Part shown: positions 52,591-64,000 of the stretch, piece by piece
How the letters are laid out: each line of letters opens with the position of its first letter
Numbering within the stretch: position 1 is the stretch's first letter
Source: Octopus vulgaris
Lineage: Eukaryota
NCBI GenBank assembly: GCA_951406725.2
Contig: OX597839.1
Coordinates: forward strand, 22,692,001-22,756,000
Reading direction: 5' to 3'
DNA: 64,000 bases
Made by a program: the position numbers and the translations under genes
The notes under the pieces: model-generated
Told to the model about the DNA's origin: nothing
Seen by the model: only the letters and a program-made list of their open reading frames with translations
The model's database searches: none

Positions 52591-52923
52591 TATATATACT
52601 GGCAAAGATGTTTGCGGATTGTGAACATAAAAACTGTGATCTTACCTAAAGGAAGAACATTAAATAAATGTAGAACCCAGATGTGGATAATCTAGGACCT
52701 AGGTTTCAAACTTTCCAGATTACGTTTGTGAACGTGAATTCGATTAGTTCTCACCTGGATAAAATCTCAAATGTTGCTGCATCAATGCCAGTATGTACAC
52801 GTCTGAAACACCTGGCCATTAACACACTGAGAACAGTGAAAAAGTTTTCAAAGAAAAGTCATTAAATAGTGCAATACAGTAGTATTGCTTCCCAGTAAAA
52901 CAAAGCACCGTCAGGAGGTAAAG

Positions 52924-53000
<77 letters not shown>

Positions 53001-53254
53001 ATATATATATATACACACACACACATATACATAGATATATATACATATGTATGTATGTATATATTCATATACATACAGCCTTTAGGTTTTACTAGTTACG
53101 ATGAGCTTCTTTCAGTTTCCGTCTACCAAATCCACTCACAAGGCTTTAGCTGACTGGAGGCTATAGTAGAATACGCTTGCCCAAGGTGCCACACAGTAGG
53201 GCTGAACCTGGACCCATGTGGTTGGCAAGCAAGCTTCTTACCACAAAACCATGC

Positions 53255-53296
<42 letters not shown>

Positions 53297-53743
53297 CTCA
53301 AGCTTCTTCTTCTTGCTCAGTTTGTAGAACTCATCTTTACCATGAGTACATTTCACAGATTCCCAAACATTCCTGTTGCTTATCGCTCAAGTTCATGCCA
53401 TTGTGCCTTCTGATCATTGCTCCAGCTCGGCCTCTTACTACTGATGATGTCAAATACATCTCAGCCAATTTATCACATTGCAATGACAGAAGCTTCAACT
53501 GCACCTTCTCCGCTTCCTGGGCCCCATGGCTCATTTGTCCTCCGGGTTGCAGTCACAACAGGGGAGAAGGTCTGTGCTTTATTAGTTTCTACTTTCAAGA
53601 AGCACATCTCCTGCAATCTTTCTGTGGAGTAGATTCTGTGATCTTCATGCAAGATTGCCAAATTCAAATCATCAAAACAGACCTATCGTTAAATTCTAAC
53701 CTGGAAGCCAACATTAGATACCTTCCAGCTCTGTCCTAATAAA

Positions 53744-53798
<55 letters not shown>

Positions 53799-53990
53799 GG
53801 GGGAAGAGAGGAAGAAGGAAGGAGACTGTGTTAAACAAAATCTCCTGAACAATGGCTCCACTGAATAACTTGTGGGGCTTTGACAGCAGACTAAATAATG
53901 CCATTACATCTAAGGACAAAGGGCCGGAAGACAATAGAGCCACTGTAATGTGGGACGACAGAGAGTGCACTGGAAACAGAAACATGGTGG

Positions 53991-54323
53991 ATTATTATTA
54001 CTACTACTATTATTGTTATTATTATTATTATTATTATTACTATTATTATTATTATTATTACTATTATTGTTATTATTATAATTATTATTATTATTACTAT
54101 TATTATTATTATTACTATTATTGTTATTATTATAATTATTATTATTATTACTATTATTATTATTATTACTATTATTGTTATTATTATAATTATTATTATT
54201 ATTACTATTATTATTATTATTACTATTATTGTTATTATTATTATTACTATTATTATTACTATTATTATTATTATTATTATTATTACTATTATTGTTATTG
54301 TTATTATTATTATTATTATTATT
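53991..54323. repeat. (TAT)n microsatellite with a 54-bp higher-order period
   Basis: Variant G bases fall at 54015, 54069, 54123, 54177 and 54231 (exact 54-bp spacing). Confidence 0.92.
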
Positions 54324-56173
54324 GGACTGCTTTAAAAATAATATTTATTTTCATTTTGTTTTAAATGAATGCAAGCAGTGTTGGTCAGAGGTTTTCTAAA
54401 GGGCTAATTAATTAGTGAGTCATGAATCGTTTCGGATGGAGACAGAGGCAAGAGACTGTCCTTGAATACAAGAGACTTTCATTCGAGGGAAATGATTTAT
54501 TCAGCTTCTCATTGTTGTTGACATCTTTTGCCAAAATTTATTATTTCATAACACACACGCATGAGTGCACACACACACAAATAAGTATAAATGTCAAATC
54601 AAAGTTATTATTTTAAAACAGTTTAAGAATTACAGAACATTTACTGATGGAGGATTCAATACTGGGTGTAGAGTCAAGTTTATATATAAATACACACACG
54701 CACACACACACAAGCAAGCTTCAGTACAATTTCCATCTACCAAACCTACTCACAAAGCTTTGGTCAATCTGAAGCTACAGAAGACATTTGGCAAAGGTGC
54801 CATGCAGTGGGATTGAACCAGGAACCTTATAGTTGGGAGGCATACTTCTTGCTACACAGCCATGCCTGTTTCTATATTGAAGGCATATGTTACAAAAAGG
54901 GACACCCTGGTCCCTGTTTTTAGACAATCATGAAAGAGTTCTCTTTTTTACTATTACTACAGCAGATTGTAGTGCTTCGGGTATTGACACCCTATTCCTG
55001 ATCTTTAATTCCTTTGTATCTTGAAATCAGAGGAACCAAATCTTCTTCCATCAGTAGTTACCATTTCTTTCTAAAGAAATTTGCCTTGTTTATGTTCAGA
55101 CAAACGCCTCATGTGTGCAGCCATTAACAAACAATAATTGCCTCTGAAGGGTTGCAAAAATCAAATCAAATAAAAAAAAAAACAAAGTAGACTTTAACAT
55201 CGACACAAACTCCGACATGGAAATTCCTCAACTAGATTACGGTAATGTCTTAACTTCAGCGCCACCACATCAGTTGGTCTATAAAGGTAAAGAAATTCCA
55301 TTCCAAATGGCTGGTTTGAAACACACGGCTTTTGCTATAACTGCAGAAGTATTTTAGCTAAGCATGATGCCAGTTCAAAGGAAAGAGCTTAAAATATTGG
55401 TTAAAATATACTGGCGGCAACTGACCTTACAATTAGATCTTTTTTTATAGATAAACGCCTTTCGTTGAACTAGATTGCAGTCCCTATCAGATAATGGGGG
55501 GAGGGGGAGGAATCTGAAGCTATTTGAAGATTAAAGGAAGAGAGAATTATTGATGGATGCCTTTTGACAATAATCTTGAAATTCTTCACAAAGATCAAAC
55601 AGGTTCGCAACTTAACTGATCAACTTTTCATTTCACCTCCGTCAACTCTGTACGTTAGCCAAGAATCCCCAAATCTTTCTCACCCCCCACCAGCCCTACC
55701 AAACACTTGTTTATTGGTGAAGTCGGAAGGGGTTGGGGAAGAAACAAGACATTCTTTAACTCCAGTTCAAGACTGTTTCGATTCGCTTCAATGAACAGGT
55801 AATTCTTAAACCTTTCTCCACACATTTCTTTCTTTCTATTTTTTAATTCTTTTACTTATTTCCTACTTTTATCTTTTAATGGCTTCAGTCATTGGGCTGT
55901 GGCCATACTGGGGCACTGCCTCGAACGGTTTAGTTGAACAAATCATTCCCAGGACTTTTTTTTTTTGTAAAGCCTGGAACTTATTTTATTGGTTTCTTTT
56001 TGCCAAACTGCTAAGTTTACTGAGGTGTAAACAAACCACCACTGGTTGCCAAGCGGTGGTGGAGGACAAACACACACATAGGTGTGTGTATATATATGTG
56101 TGTATGCACATATATAGATACATATATATATACATACTTACACATATATATATATATATAGATACATACTTAC

Positions 56174-56235
<62 letters not shown>

Positions 56236-56377
56236 CAACAGAAGAGTTCAGTGAAATCCATGAAAGTATATCCAGTGGTAATCCAGGTGGAGTGTTGGTA
56301 TGGGGATGAGGAGAGGTGCAGAAAGTCCAGGCAGTGGTTAAGATATGTGAGTCCAAAGAGTGCCTTTAGTAGAAAGG

Positions 56378-56424
<47 letters not shown>

Positions 56425-56441
56425 CATCATCATCATCATCA

Positions 56442-56661
56442 AAGGTGGTCAGCTGGCAGAATCGTTAGCACGCTGGATGAAATGCTGAGCAGTATTTCAC
56501 CTGTCGCTATGTTCTGAGTTCAAATTCCGCCAAAGTCGACTTTGCCATACATCCTCTTGGGGTTGATAAATTAAGTACCAGTGAAACACTGGGGTCGTAT
56601 AATCAACTATTCCCCCCATTCCCCTAAAATTTCAGGCATTGTGCCTAAAATAGAAAGGATT
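56442..56661 (+). mobile_element. SINE family B (tail type 2)
   Basis: ggtggtcagctggcagaatcgttagc...aggcattgtgcctaaaatagaaaggattat. Confidence 0.87.
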
Positions 56662-56839
56662 ATAAAAAAAATGAAAAGGAAGATATTTATGTGATAGATC
56701 ATATGATTCTGATGCAGGAAATGGGAATGTGTGATCTTCATGCCTTTCTCAAATGCAACACAATGAAATAGCAACAACCTATTTCTAGTCTGTGGTGATA
56801 TGAACTGTGTTTCAGTTAATTTTGAAAATTATCAAGAAT

Positions 56840-57268
56840 GCAGGAGTGGCTGTGTGGTAAGTAGCTTGCTAACCAACCACATGGTTCCGGGTTCAGTCCC
56901 ACTGCGTGGCATCTTGGGCAAGTGTCTTCTGCTATAGCCTCGGGCCGACCAAAGCCTTGTGAGTGGATTTGGTAGAGGGAAACTGAAAGAAGCCTGTTGT
57001 ATATATGTATATATATGTATATATATATGTGTGTGTGTATATATGTTTGTGTGTCTGTGTTTGTTCCCCTAGCATTGCTTGACAACCGATGTTGGTGTGT
57101 TTACGTCCCCGTCACTTAGCGGTTCGGCAAAAGAGACCGATAGAATAAGTACTGGGCTTACAAAGAATAAGTCCCGGGGTCGATTTGTTCGACTAAAGGC
57201 GGTGCTCCAGCATGGCCGCAGTCAAATGACTGAAACAAGTAAAAGAAAGAAAGAAAGAAAGAAAGAAA
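56840..57268 (+). mobile_element. SINE family A, full length
   Basis: Full match, with an (aaag)n tail. Confidence 0.94.
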
Positions 57269-57365
57269 CTAGAATTACTTAAAGTAACTCATTTTTAAAA
57301 CATAATTTAACGAATTGTTCTTATCTGAAATTATGAGAGAAAGTTTGAATTTTAAATATAAACAA

Positions 57366-57879
57366 ATAGCAGTATCGCCCAGCGTTGCTCGGGTTTGTAA
57401 GGGAAATAACTATATAAGCATTTTTAGAGAGTTACTTCCCTTATAGATGCCAATTCGGGCTTTCTTAGCCATTTCTGTTTTGGTGTCTTCAAGCCATGAA
57501 GTCGTTGTTCTAAAAGAACGCTGGTCTCCTTGACAATGCTTTACGACGTTGATTTCCTTACACTCCCTTCCCCACAGCTTCACGAGGGAGGGAAGAAGGG
57601 GGAGAAGCAACACAGGTGCAGGTGTGACCATGGACGCCAACTCCGCCGCCATCGACACACGAAAAATTATGCATTAAAATAGAATAAAAAATTATGTCAA
57701 ATTATTTTTAAAATCGTAGACTCATCGTAGACGCGCGCTAATAGTCAGACGAGCTCGATATGAATCACGACTATAAGATACCCGAATTTGGTTAAACTGC
57801 ACTGCAAAATGTGGGAGTAGTTAGGAATCTAAATCGAAGGGGACAGACACTCACACAACTACAGTTTTATATATAAAGA
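57366..57879 (-). mobile_element. Non-autonomous Helitron (5' type 2) with an extra internal segment
   Basis: Minus strand starts a|TCtttatatataaaac and ends cccgagcaacgctgggcgatactgctat (CTAG mutated). It shares its 5' part with 24896-25243. Confidence 0.9.
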
Positions 57880-59531
57880 TTTAGATTCAACATTTCTATG
57901 TCATGGAACCAGAAACAAATAAAAAGCTGTTTTCAGGTGAGCTGGTATGTAAAGAATTATTCGAGGGTGGGTCCAATCCATGCCAGCATGGAAAACGGAT
58001 AAATGATGATGATGATGATTGTGATGTGGCTAAGTATTGTCTTGTAGCAGACATGTGACATATATTTCAAAGGCAATTCTATGAGCAATGGCAAAAGTAA
58101 GGGTCTGCCATGAAAATACAGGGATTTTAATAAAAACAAACAACAACAAAAGACTGAAAATATCAAATTAATAATAAATAAATAAATAATAAATAAATAC
58201 AATCTGATACTTGAAATTCTATTTTTGCAATATGATAATGATAATGATAATGATTATGATGATGGTGGAGGTGGTGGTAGTGCTGGGGGTAGCAGTGGTG
58301 CTGGTGACAATGATGATGGTGGTGGTGGTGGTGGTGGTGGGGATCACGATATAATTATGTATTTGTTGTTGTTGCCAGTATTGGTGGTGGTGATGGTGAT
58401 GATGATGATGATACACATCACCTGTGAAGTATGAGTCATCAGAGAAAACGAGAGATCGCTTTCTTTCGAATCCCTGAGACCTAATGGTGATGCAAGTGGT
58501 GGTGGCGGCAGCAGCGGTGATGGTGGTGGTGGTGGTGGTGGCAGCAGAGGTGATGGTGGTGGTGGTGGTGGTAGTGGTGGTGGTGGCAGCAGCGGTGATG
58601 GTGGTGGTAGTGGTGGTGGTGGCAGCAGAGGTGATGGTGGTGGTAGTGGTGGTGGTGGTGGCAAGGCTGAACTGGAATTTGTCTCAGAAGGGAAAACCTC
58701 CGCTTCTGAACTCAAGCGTGCATCTGTAATGGCCCAAGGAAATAATGGTAAACAGATAAGAAATGATTCCGTCTCTGCCGTTGCATCCTCCTGTATTTCC
58801 TGGTGCAGCACTTAAACATAATAAGGCATCAATTTGCACAGCTCAGTGAGTTGAACCTGTCACTGAGGGTTCAGTTTAGATATTAATCTAGTAAACGGCC
58901 AGGGGCCGACTGGTCTATATTTTATGGGTTTCATTTTAGAAAGTAATATTAATTGGTGCCAGGAAAGAAAGAAAAAAAACCTATTTTCTCAAAGACTCTT
59001 CTTCAGGTCATTCGTGGCAGTGGACAGAGAGATGCGTCCAACATCTCCCCTCTTGTAATTCCATTCAAAAATGGTTCGTCAGAGTTAAACCGATTCCTTG
59101 TCGTAAAAAACAAGGTTTGTTTATGTGGACTCACTCAATCAAACAAGTGGTCCATTCTTAGCACACACACAAACACACATATATATCTATATATATATAT
59201 ATGTATATATATATTATATATATATGTATATGAATATATGTGTGTGTATGTATATAAATGTGTATGTGTGCCTATCTATCTATCTATATATATATATAGC
59301 TTCCTGTCGAATTTTATCCGTTATATTTGTGGTTTACAGAACCTAGCTGTTCTTTCTAGCATGTTGAATTCCCTATAAGGGGATTCTGTATGTGTTTAAA
59401 TATACACTATATCGTATGATTAATATATAGTCTTCTTGACTAATTTTTTTTGCAAGTTAGACCACTGGAAATGTAAATTTTGATTGAATGTTTTAATTTT
59501 AATTAAATTCCATTTCCGTTTGACATGATTA

Positions 59532-59563
<32 letters not shown>

Positions 59564-59821
59564 TATATATTTTTGTATATATATAAAAGAGGCAGGCAAC
59601 AGGTTGCTTAGCCACATACCGAAAAGTTAGAAATAGCAGTCAAAGACTGTAATTCACATATGCAAAACAGAAGGAAGAAATAACGAATACAAAGTCTAAC
59701 GGTCATTTACGAACGAGTTTCTAGATTAGGAATATAATATAAACTCCATGTCTTACATCTCTATCTATCTATAAATTTATACATGCAGTAGTATATGTAT
59801 ATATATATACACATATGTATA

Positions 59822-60042
59822 GTTGGAATTTACAAAAAAAAAATAAAACAAAAGACAAAGACAGGTGTATGAACAACAAACAGGTGTATTAGTTTGATGC
59901 TCAGGGAAAAATGAAAAGGTCTTTTATGTTTTGAGCCTACGCTCTTCAACAGAAAGGAATAAGAGGAAATAAACAGAGAGAGAATTGAAAAAGCTTTAGC
60001 AGCTAGGGGTCAGTCATGGCAGCTAGCTGGACAGAGGTGGTC
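59822..60042 (-). mobile_element. Family E repeat (Penelope-like terminus)
   Basis: The reverse complement contains ttctgttgaagagcgtaggctcaaaacataaaagacc. Confidence 0.65.
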
Positions 60043-60073
60043 ACACACACACACACACACACAGATATATATA

Positions 60074-60484
60074 CTCTCTCTCTTTTTTACTCTTTTACTT
60101 GTTTCAGTCATTTGACTGCGGCCATGCTAGAGCACCGCCTTTAATCGAGCAACTCGACCCCGGGACTTATTCATTGTAAGCCCAGTACTTATTCTATCGG
60201 TCTCTTTTGCCAAACCGCTAAGTGACGGGGACGTAAACACACCAGCATCGGTTGTCAAGCAATGCCAGGGGACAAACACAAACACACACGCACACACACA
60301 CATATATATATACATATATACGACGGGCTTCTTTCAGTTTCCATCTACCAAGTCCACTCACAAGGCTTTGGTCGGCCCGAGGCTATAGTAGAAGACACTT
60401 GCCCAAGGTGCCACGCAGTGGGACTGAACCCGGAACCATGTGGTTGGTAAGCAAGCTACTTACCACACAGCCACTCCTGCACCT
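60074..60484 (-). mobile_element. SINE family A, full length
   Basis: Full match. Confidence 0.93.
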
Positions 60485-60748
60485 ATATATATATATTTCT
60501 TTGGATGTAAGCGTGTGTGTGGTTGTGTTTCGTTGTCTTGGCATAATGCTGTAACTGCAAATGAGTTTCACTCTCATATGGATGATGTTTGATTCCAATC
60601 TTCCAGAGAAACTTGTCTGGTGATGGAGAAAGATTGCTTTGCTCGGAAGCAGGTGAGGATTGGGGGACAGGAAGGATATCTGGCCAGAAAATCACCTTCA
60701 AGAATTCTGTCTGATTTTCCCATGCAGGCATGGAAAAGTGGATATTAA

Positions 60749-61834
60749 CCCTTTCGTTACTATATTTCTGACCAAATTACACCCCTTATGTGTTTCAATT
60801 AATTTCTAACGTAGTCATAAATTTAGTCTGGTTTCATTAAACAACTGTAACTTTTTTATTTATCGATATATTAATCTGATTTTTGGAAGATAATTTAATG
60901 AAATATTCTCAACCAATTCTATACTATAATTTTTGTCACAAAGTGACTCTAATTACAGGTAGATACAGGTAAATTCCACAAAATATAAAATTATTAAAAT
61001 TTTGTTCAAACATCGCTATAAAAAATGGGTTATTAGCTAATATTCAATTGGGTATACAACAAAATTTTACGATAGAATTTGTTATTCTGGCTAACTTTCT
61101 GATACCCATAATAATATTTATGGCAAAATAGTCTTAATTTCATTTAAGGTTGTGGGAAACCACAAACTATCCTTTCTTTCGCTTTGTTTACGTTTAGTGT
61201 AACGGTTTGTTTTCACCGTAATGATTTCAAATAGGCTCATTCGAAAAAGTAAATAGAAATAGCCTAAGGCTTTACCCTTCTGGGAAAGTCTGTGGCTTGG
61301 TCCAGTTTCTTCAGAAAAATCACCGAAAGAAACAGTTTTTAAATTTTCACTCCATTCAGGTGCCAATTTGTTTTCTTTATCGCTATCGGAGATCTCAGAT
61401 TCACTGTTTTCACTTTCGGAAAATGAAACATCAGATTCATTATCAAATACCACATGCTTTTTTTTTTCAGTCATAGAGTTAGATTTATGAAGGTCTTCAG
61501 TAGAAAATCCTTCGAATTCTGACTCGCTGCTTGATATAATGAAATTCGTATCCATTTTTTGTCAGAATTACAAATTTTGAAAACACAATAGGAACAAATT
61601 TCAGAAAAAAATCTCCCAAAATTCACGGAATTAAAATTACACCTCGATTATTGTACAAAACTGTAGTTGAACTGTTTACGAAGTATAATACGTGTTTTCA
61701 CGAATGTACTGAAGAGATTTGCTCTGATATTCTCATTTAAATATGAATAGGTAAATTTGGGTGGCTTTGGACGGTTTGGTCTCATAAACCAAAATTTTTT
61801 TCGGGCGGCTTTGGGCGGTTTGGTAACGAAAGGG
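60749..61834 (-). mobile_element. piggyBac-family transposon, internally deleted
   Basis: TTAA|ccctttcgttac ... gtaacgaaaggg|TTAA (perfect 12-bp TIRs and TTAA TSD). Subterminal direct repeats ggg.ggctttgg.cggtttggt lie at ~61759 and ~61803. It is inserted in the tail of a family C-type SINE. Confidence 0.95.
61118..61555 (-). pseudogene. Truncated piggyBac transposase (N-terminal 145 aa, no catalytic DDD domain)
   Basis: Acidic/Ser-rich N-terminus followed by W...F.ETGP...YFYLLF...I...TNRY...W.PTT..EI, typical of PGBD-type transposases. Confidence 0.85.
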
Positions 61835-62845
61835 TTAAACCAATGTTGTTGATGATGATGATATATATACACACATAAACATGCATACACATGTATCTAT
61901 GTATGCAGCTATATATTATATATACATATGTATATATATTATATATATACATATATATATATATACACACACACACACATATACATTCACAAACACACAC
62001 ACACACACATGCACACACAAACACACACACAAACATATGTATGTGTACTAGATGGTAATGATGAAATGATGGCAGAGGTGTTGTACAGAGGTATATATAT
62101 ATGCGTGTATTATAAAGATATGTTTGTAAACCAGTCAAGAAAAATAAAAATAGAAAAAGAACGAAACATCCATTTGAGTTCTGCACCAATATAAAGGAAG
62201 AAGATTTGGTAATTTTCTGGTTCAAAGTAAAGAAATGGAACCACCAAATCCAATTCATTAGTGCTTGGAATCTAAACCAAGTTTCTATCATAGGAATGGT
62301 TTTATCTATTTGCCTGCTCCTTATTCAAATACAGAGTCATTCTTCCTTCCCGTTTTTCTGCTTTTTTATTTTTATTTTTATGTCTACCACTTTTTTTCCT
62401 GTTGGTGCAGGTTGAATAGGTTATCAAATCCTTACATCTGTTGCATCTTTATGCAATTAAATGTTTCCCTTACAACCGACCAGTCTATCTTTAAGTGTAC
62501 ACATGTACAGCTACGTTCGATTGGAATCGACTGACCTAAGCCATGCCTTGAGGTACAGCATAATTATATTGAATCAATCAACACGAATGCTTATCTGTAC
62601 ACGTGTGCAGCATACAGATGCAGATGCACGTAGATGCAAATGTATTTCACACACATGTTCACTCACACCTTTGTACTGCATACATTTGATGGACAACAAA
62701 CAACTGTGATATGTAAACGCTGAGAAAACTACCCGTAAAACTCTGTGGTGCTTCCTCTCATTCTCTTCATCTTAGTCTTTGAGACAAACAGCAAAGAAAC
62801 GGAAGAGAGGAAACAGGAACTAAATAAGGAATGACTAAATTAGTA

Positions 62846-63249
62846 GGCGCAGGAATGGCTGTGTGGTAAGTAGCTTGCTAACCAACCACACGGTTGCAGG
62901 TTCAGTCCCACTGCGTGGCATCTTGGGCAAGTGTCTTCTGCTATAGCCTCGGGCCGACCAATGCCTTGTGAGTGGATTTGGTAGACGGAAACTGAAAGAA
63001 GCCTGTCGTATATATATATATATATATGTGTGTATGTGTGTTTGTGTGTCTGTGTTTGTCCCCCTAGCATTGCTTGACAACCGATGCTGGTGTGTTTACG
63101 TCCCCGTCACTTAGCGGTTCGGCAAAAGAGACCGATAGAATAAGTACTGGGCTTACAATAGAATAAGTACTGGGCTCGACTAAAGGCAGTGCTCCAGCAT
63201 GGCCGCAGTCAAATGACTGAAACAAGTAAAAAAGAAAAAAGAAAGAAAC
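62846..63249 (+). mobile_element. SINE family A, young copy with a 12-bp TSD
   Basis: TSD actaaattagta at 62834-62845 and 63250-63261. Confidence 0.95.
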
Positions 63250-63564
63250 ACTAAATTAGTATTTGCATATACAATGAAGAGAAAAATCACAAACCTAATT
63301 AGAAATATTTAAGTGGCGAGGCAAAGACAGCATTAGCTTGATGACTAATAATATTGCATTCATTTTTCCAGCAGGAGAGACAACTCTGACCATATTTCAG
63401 TCTTATTAGACCTCTTCAGCAAGCTGAAGACTTCCCTGTAGTTCCCAAACTAGTAATAAAAGAATCAGTAAACCCTTATCTCAAAGGGAACTGACATAAA
63501 ATCTCTAAATGCATGCAAAAAGAACATTACATTAAGAAGAAATATAATATTCTAAGAAAAGCCA

Positions 63565-63750
63565 TCATCACCATTAGACATCCCTGTTCCATGCTGGCAG
63601 AGGGTGGATGGTTTGAGAAGATCCAGTGGGTTTGAGGATTGCATTCTGCTCCTACATCTGATTTGGCATGGTTTCTACAGCTAGCTGTCCTTCTTGGCAC
63701 CAACCACTTTATGGTGTGTGTGCTGGTTGTTTTAGTTGATAGCACCAGCA
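63565..63750 (-). mobile_element. Family C segment, diverged
   Basis: ttccatgctggc...gatttggcatggtttctacagct..tccttcttggcaccaaccac. Confidence 0.7.
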
Positions 63751-64000
63751 CCAGTGAGGTCACCATGCAGACTGCAAGAGTAAAATCCCCTGCAGCTGAG
63801 TGGGAAGGGAAGTGGGAAAGGGAAGCGGCTTCATTCTGGGAAATGAAGGGCTAAAGTTTGAGAGGAAGGGCCAGAACAGAACCAGTTTCTTGTTATAGAG
63901 GAGAATATGGAGGGTGAGAAAATGTCCATTTTCCATGCTGGAAACACACATTTGTATAAAAACACATAAATATAGGCATACATATACATATGTGTAGACA

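Noticed and set aside
53218-53739. 173-aa ORF in unique sequence
   Set aside because: It starts inside a SINE/CA repeat, has no recognisable domain, and the opposite-strand frames after the strong acceptor close quickly.

Overview
This is eukaryotic, AT-rich, repeat-dominated DNA with no recognisable host protein-coding gene, so it is probably a large intron or intergenic region. The mix of tRNA-headed SINEs, (TA)/(CA)/(AAT)/(GAT) microsatellites, RTE fragments and small Helitrons resembles octopus (coleoid cephalopod) genomes; that is my inference, not a database result. Almost all ORF-track hits are microsatellite or SINE artefacts. The only protein-like sequences I recognise are transposon relics: an RTE-clade LINE C-terminus (8203-8691), two mariner fragments (3714-4345, 13621-13954) and the N-terminus of a piggyBac transposase in an internally deleted element (60749-61834). 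Other elements are four non-autonomous Helitrons, hAT/piggyBac MITEs, three abundant SINE-type families (my labels A, B, C), a 5'-truncated (AAT)n-associated retroelement (D) and Penelope-like termini. The best leads are minimal hammerhead-ribozyme cores in palindromic Penelope-like remnants, a strand-ordered D/SINE-B arrangement around (AAT)n tracts, modular Helitrons, a head-to-tail SINE trimer and an inverted SINE pair that appears gene-converted. I cannot support a wholly new biological system from sequence alone. Coordinates were read by eye and may be off by a few bases.
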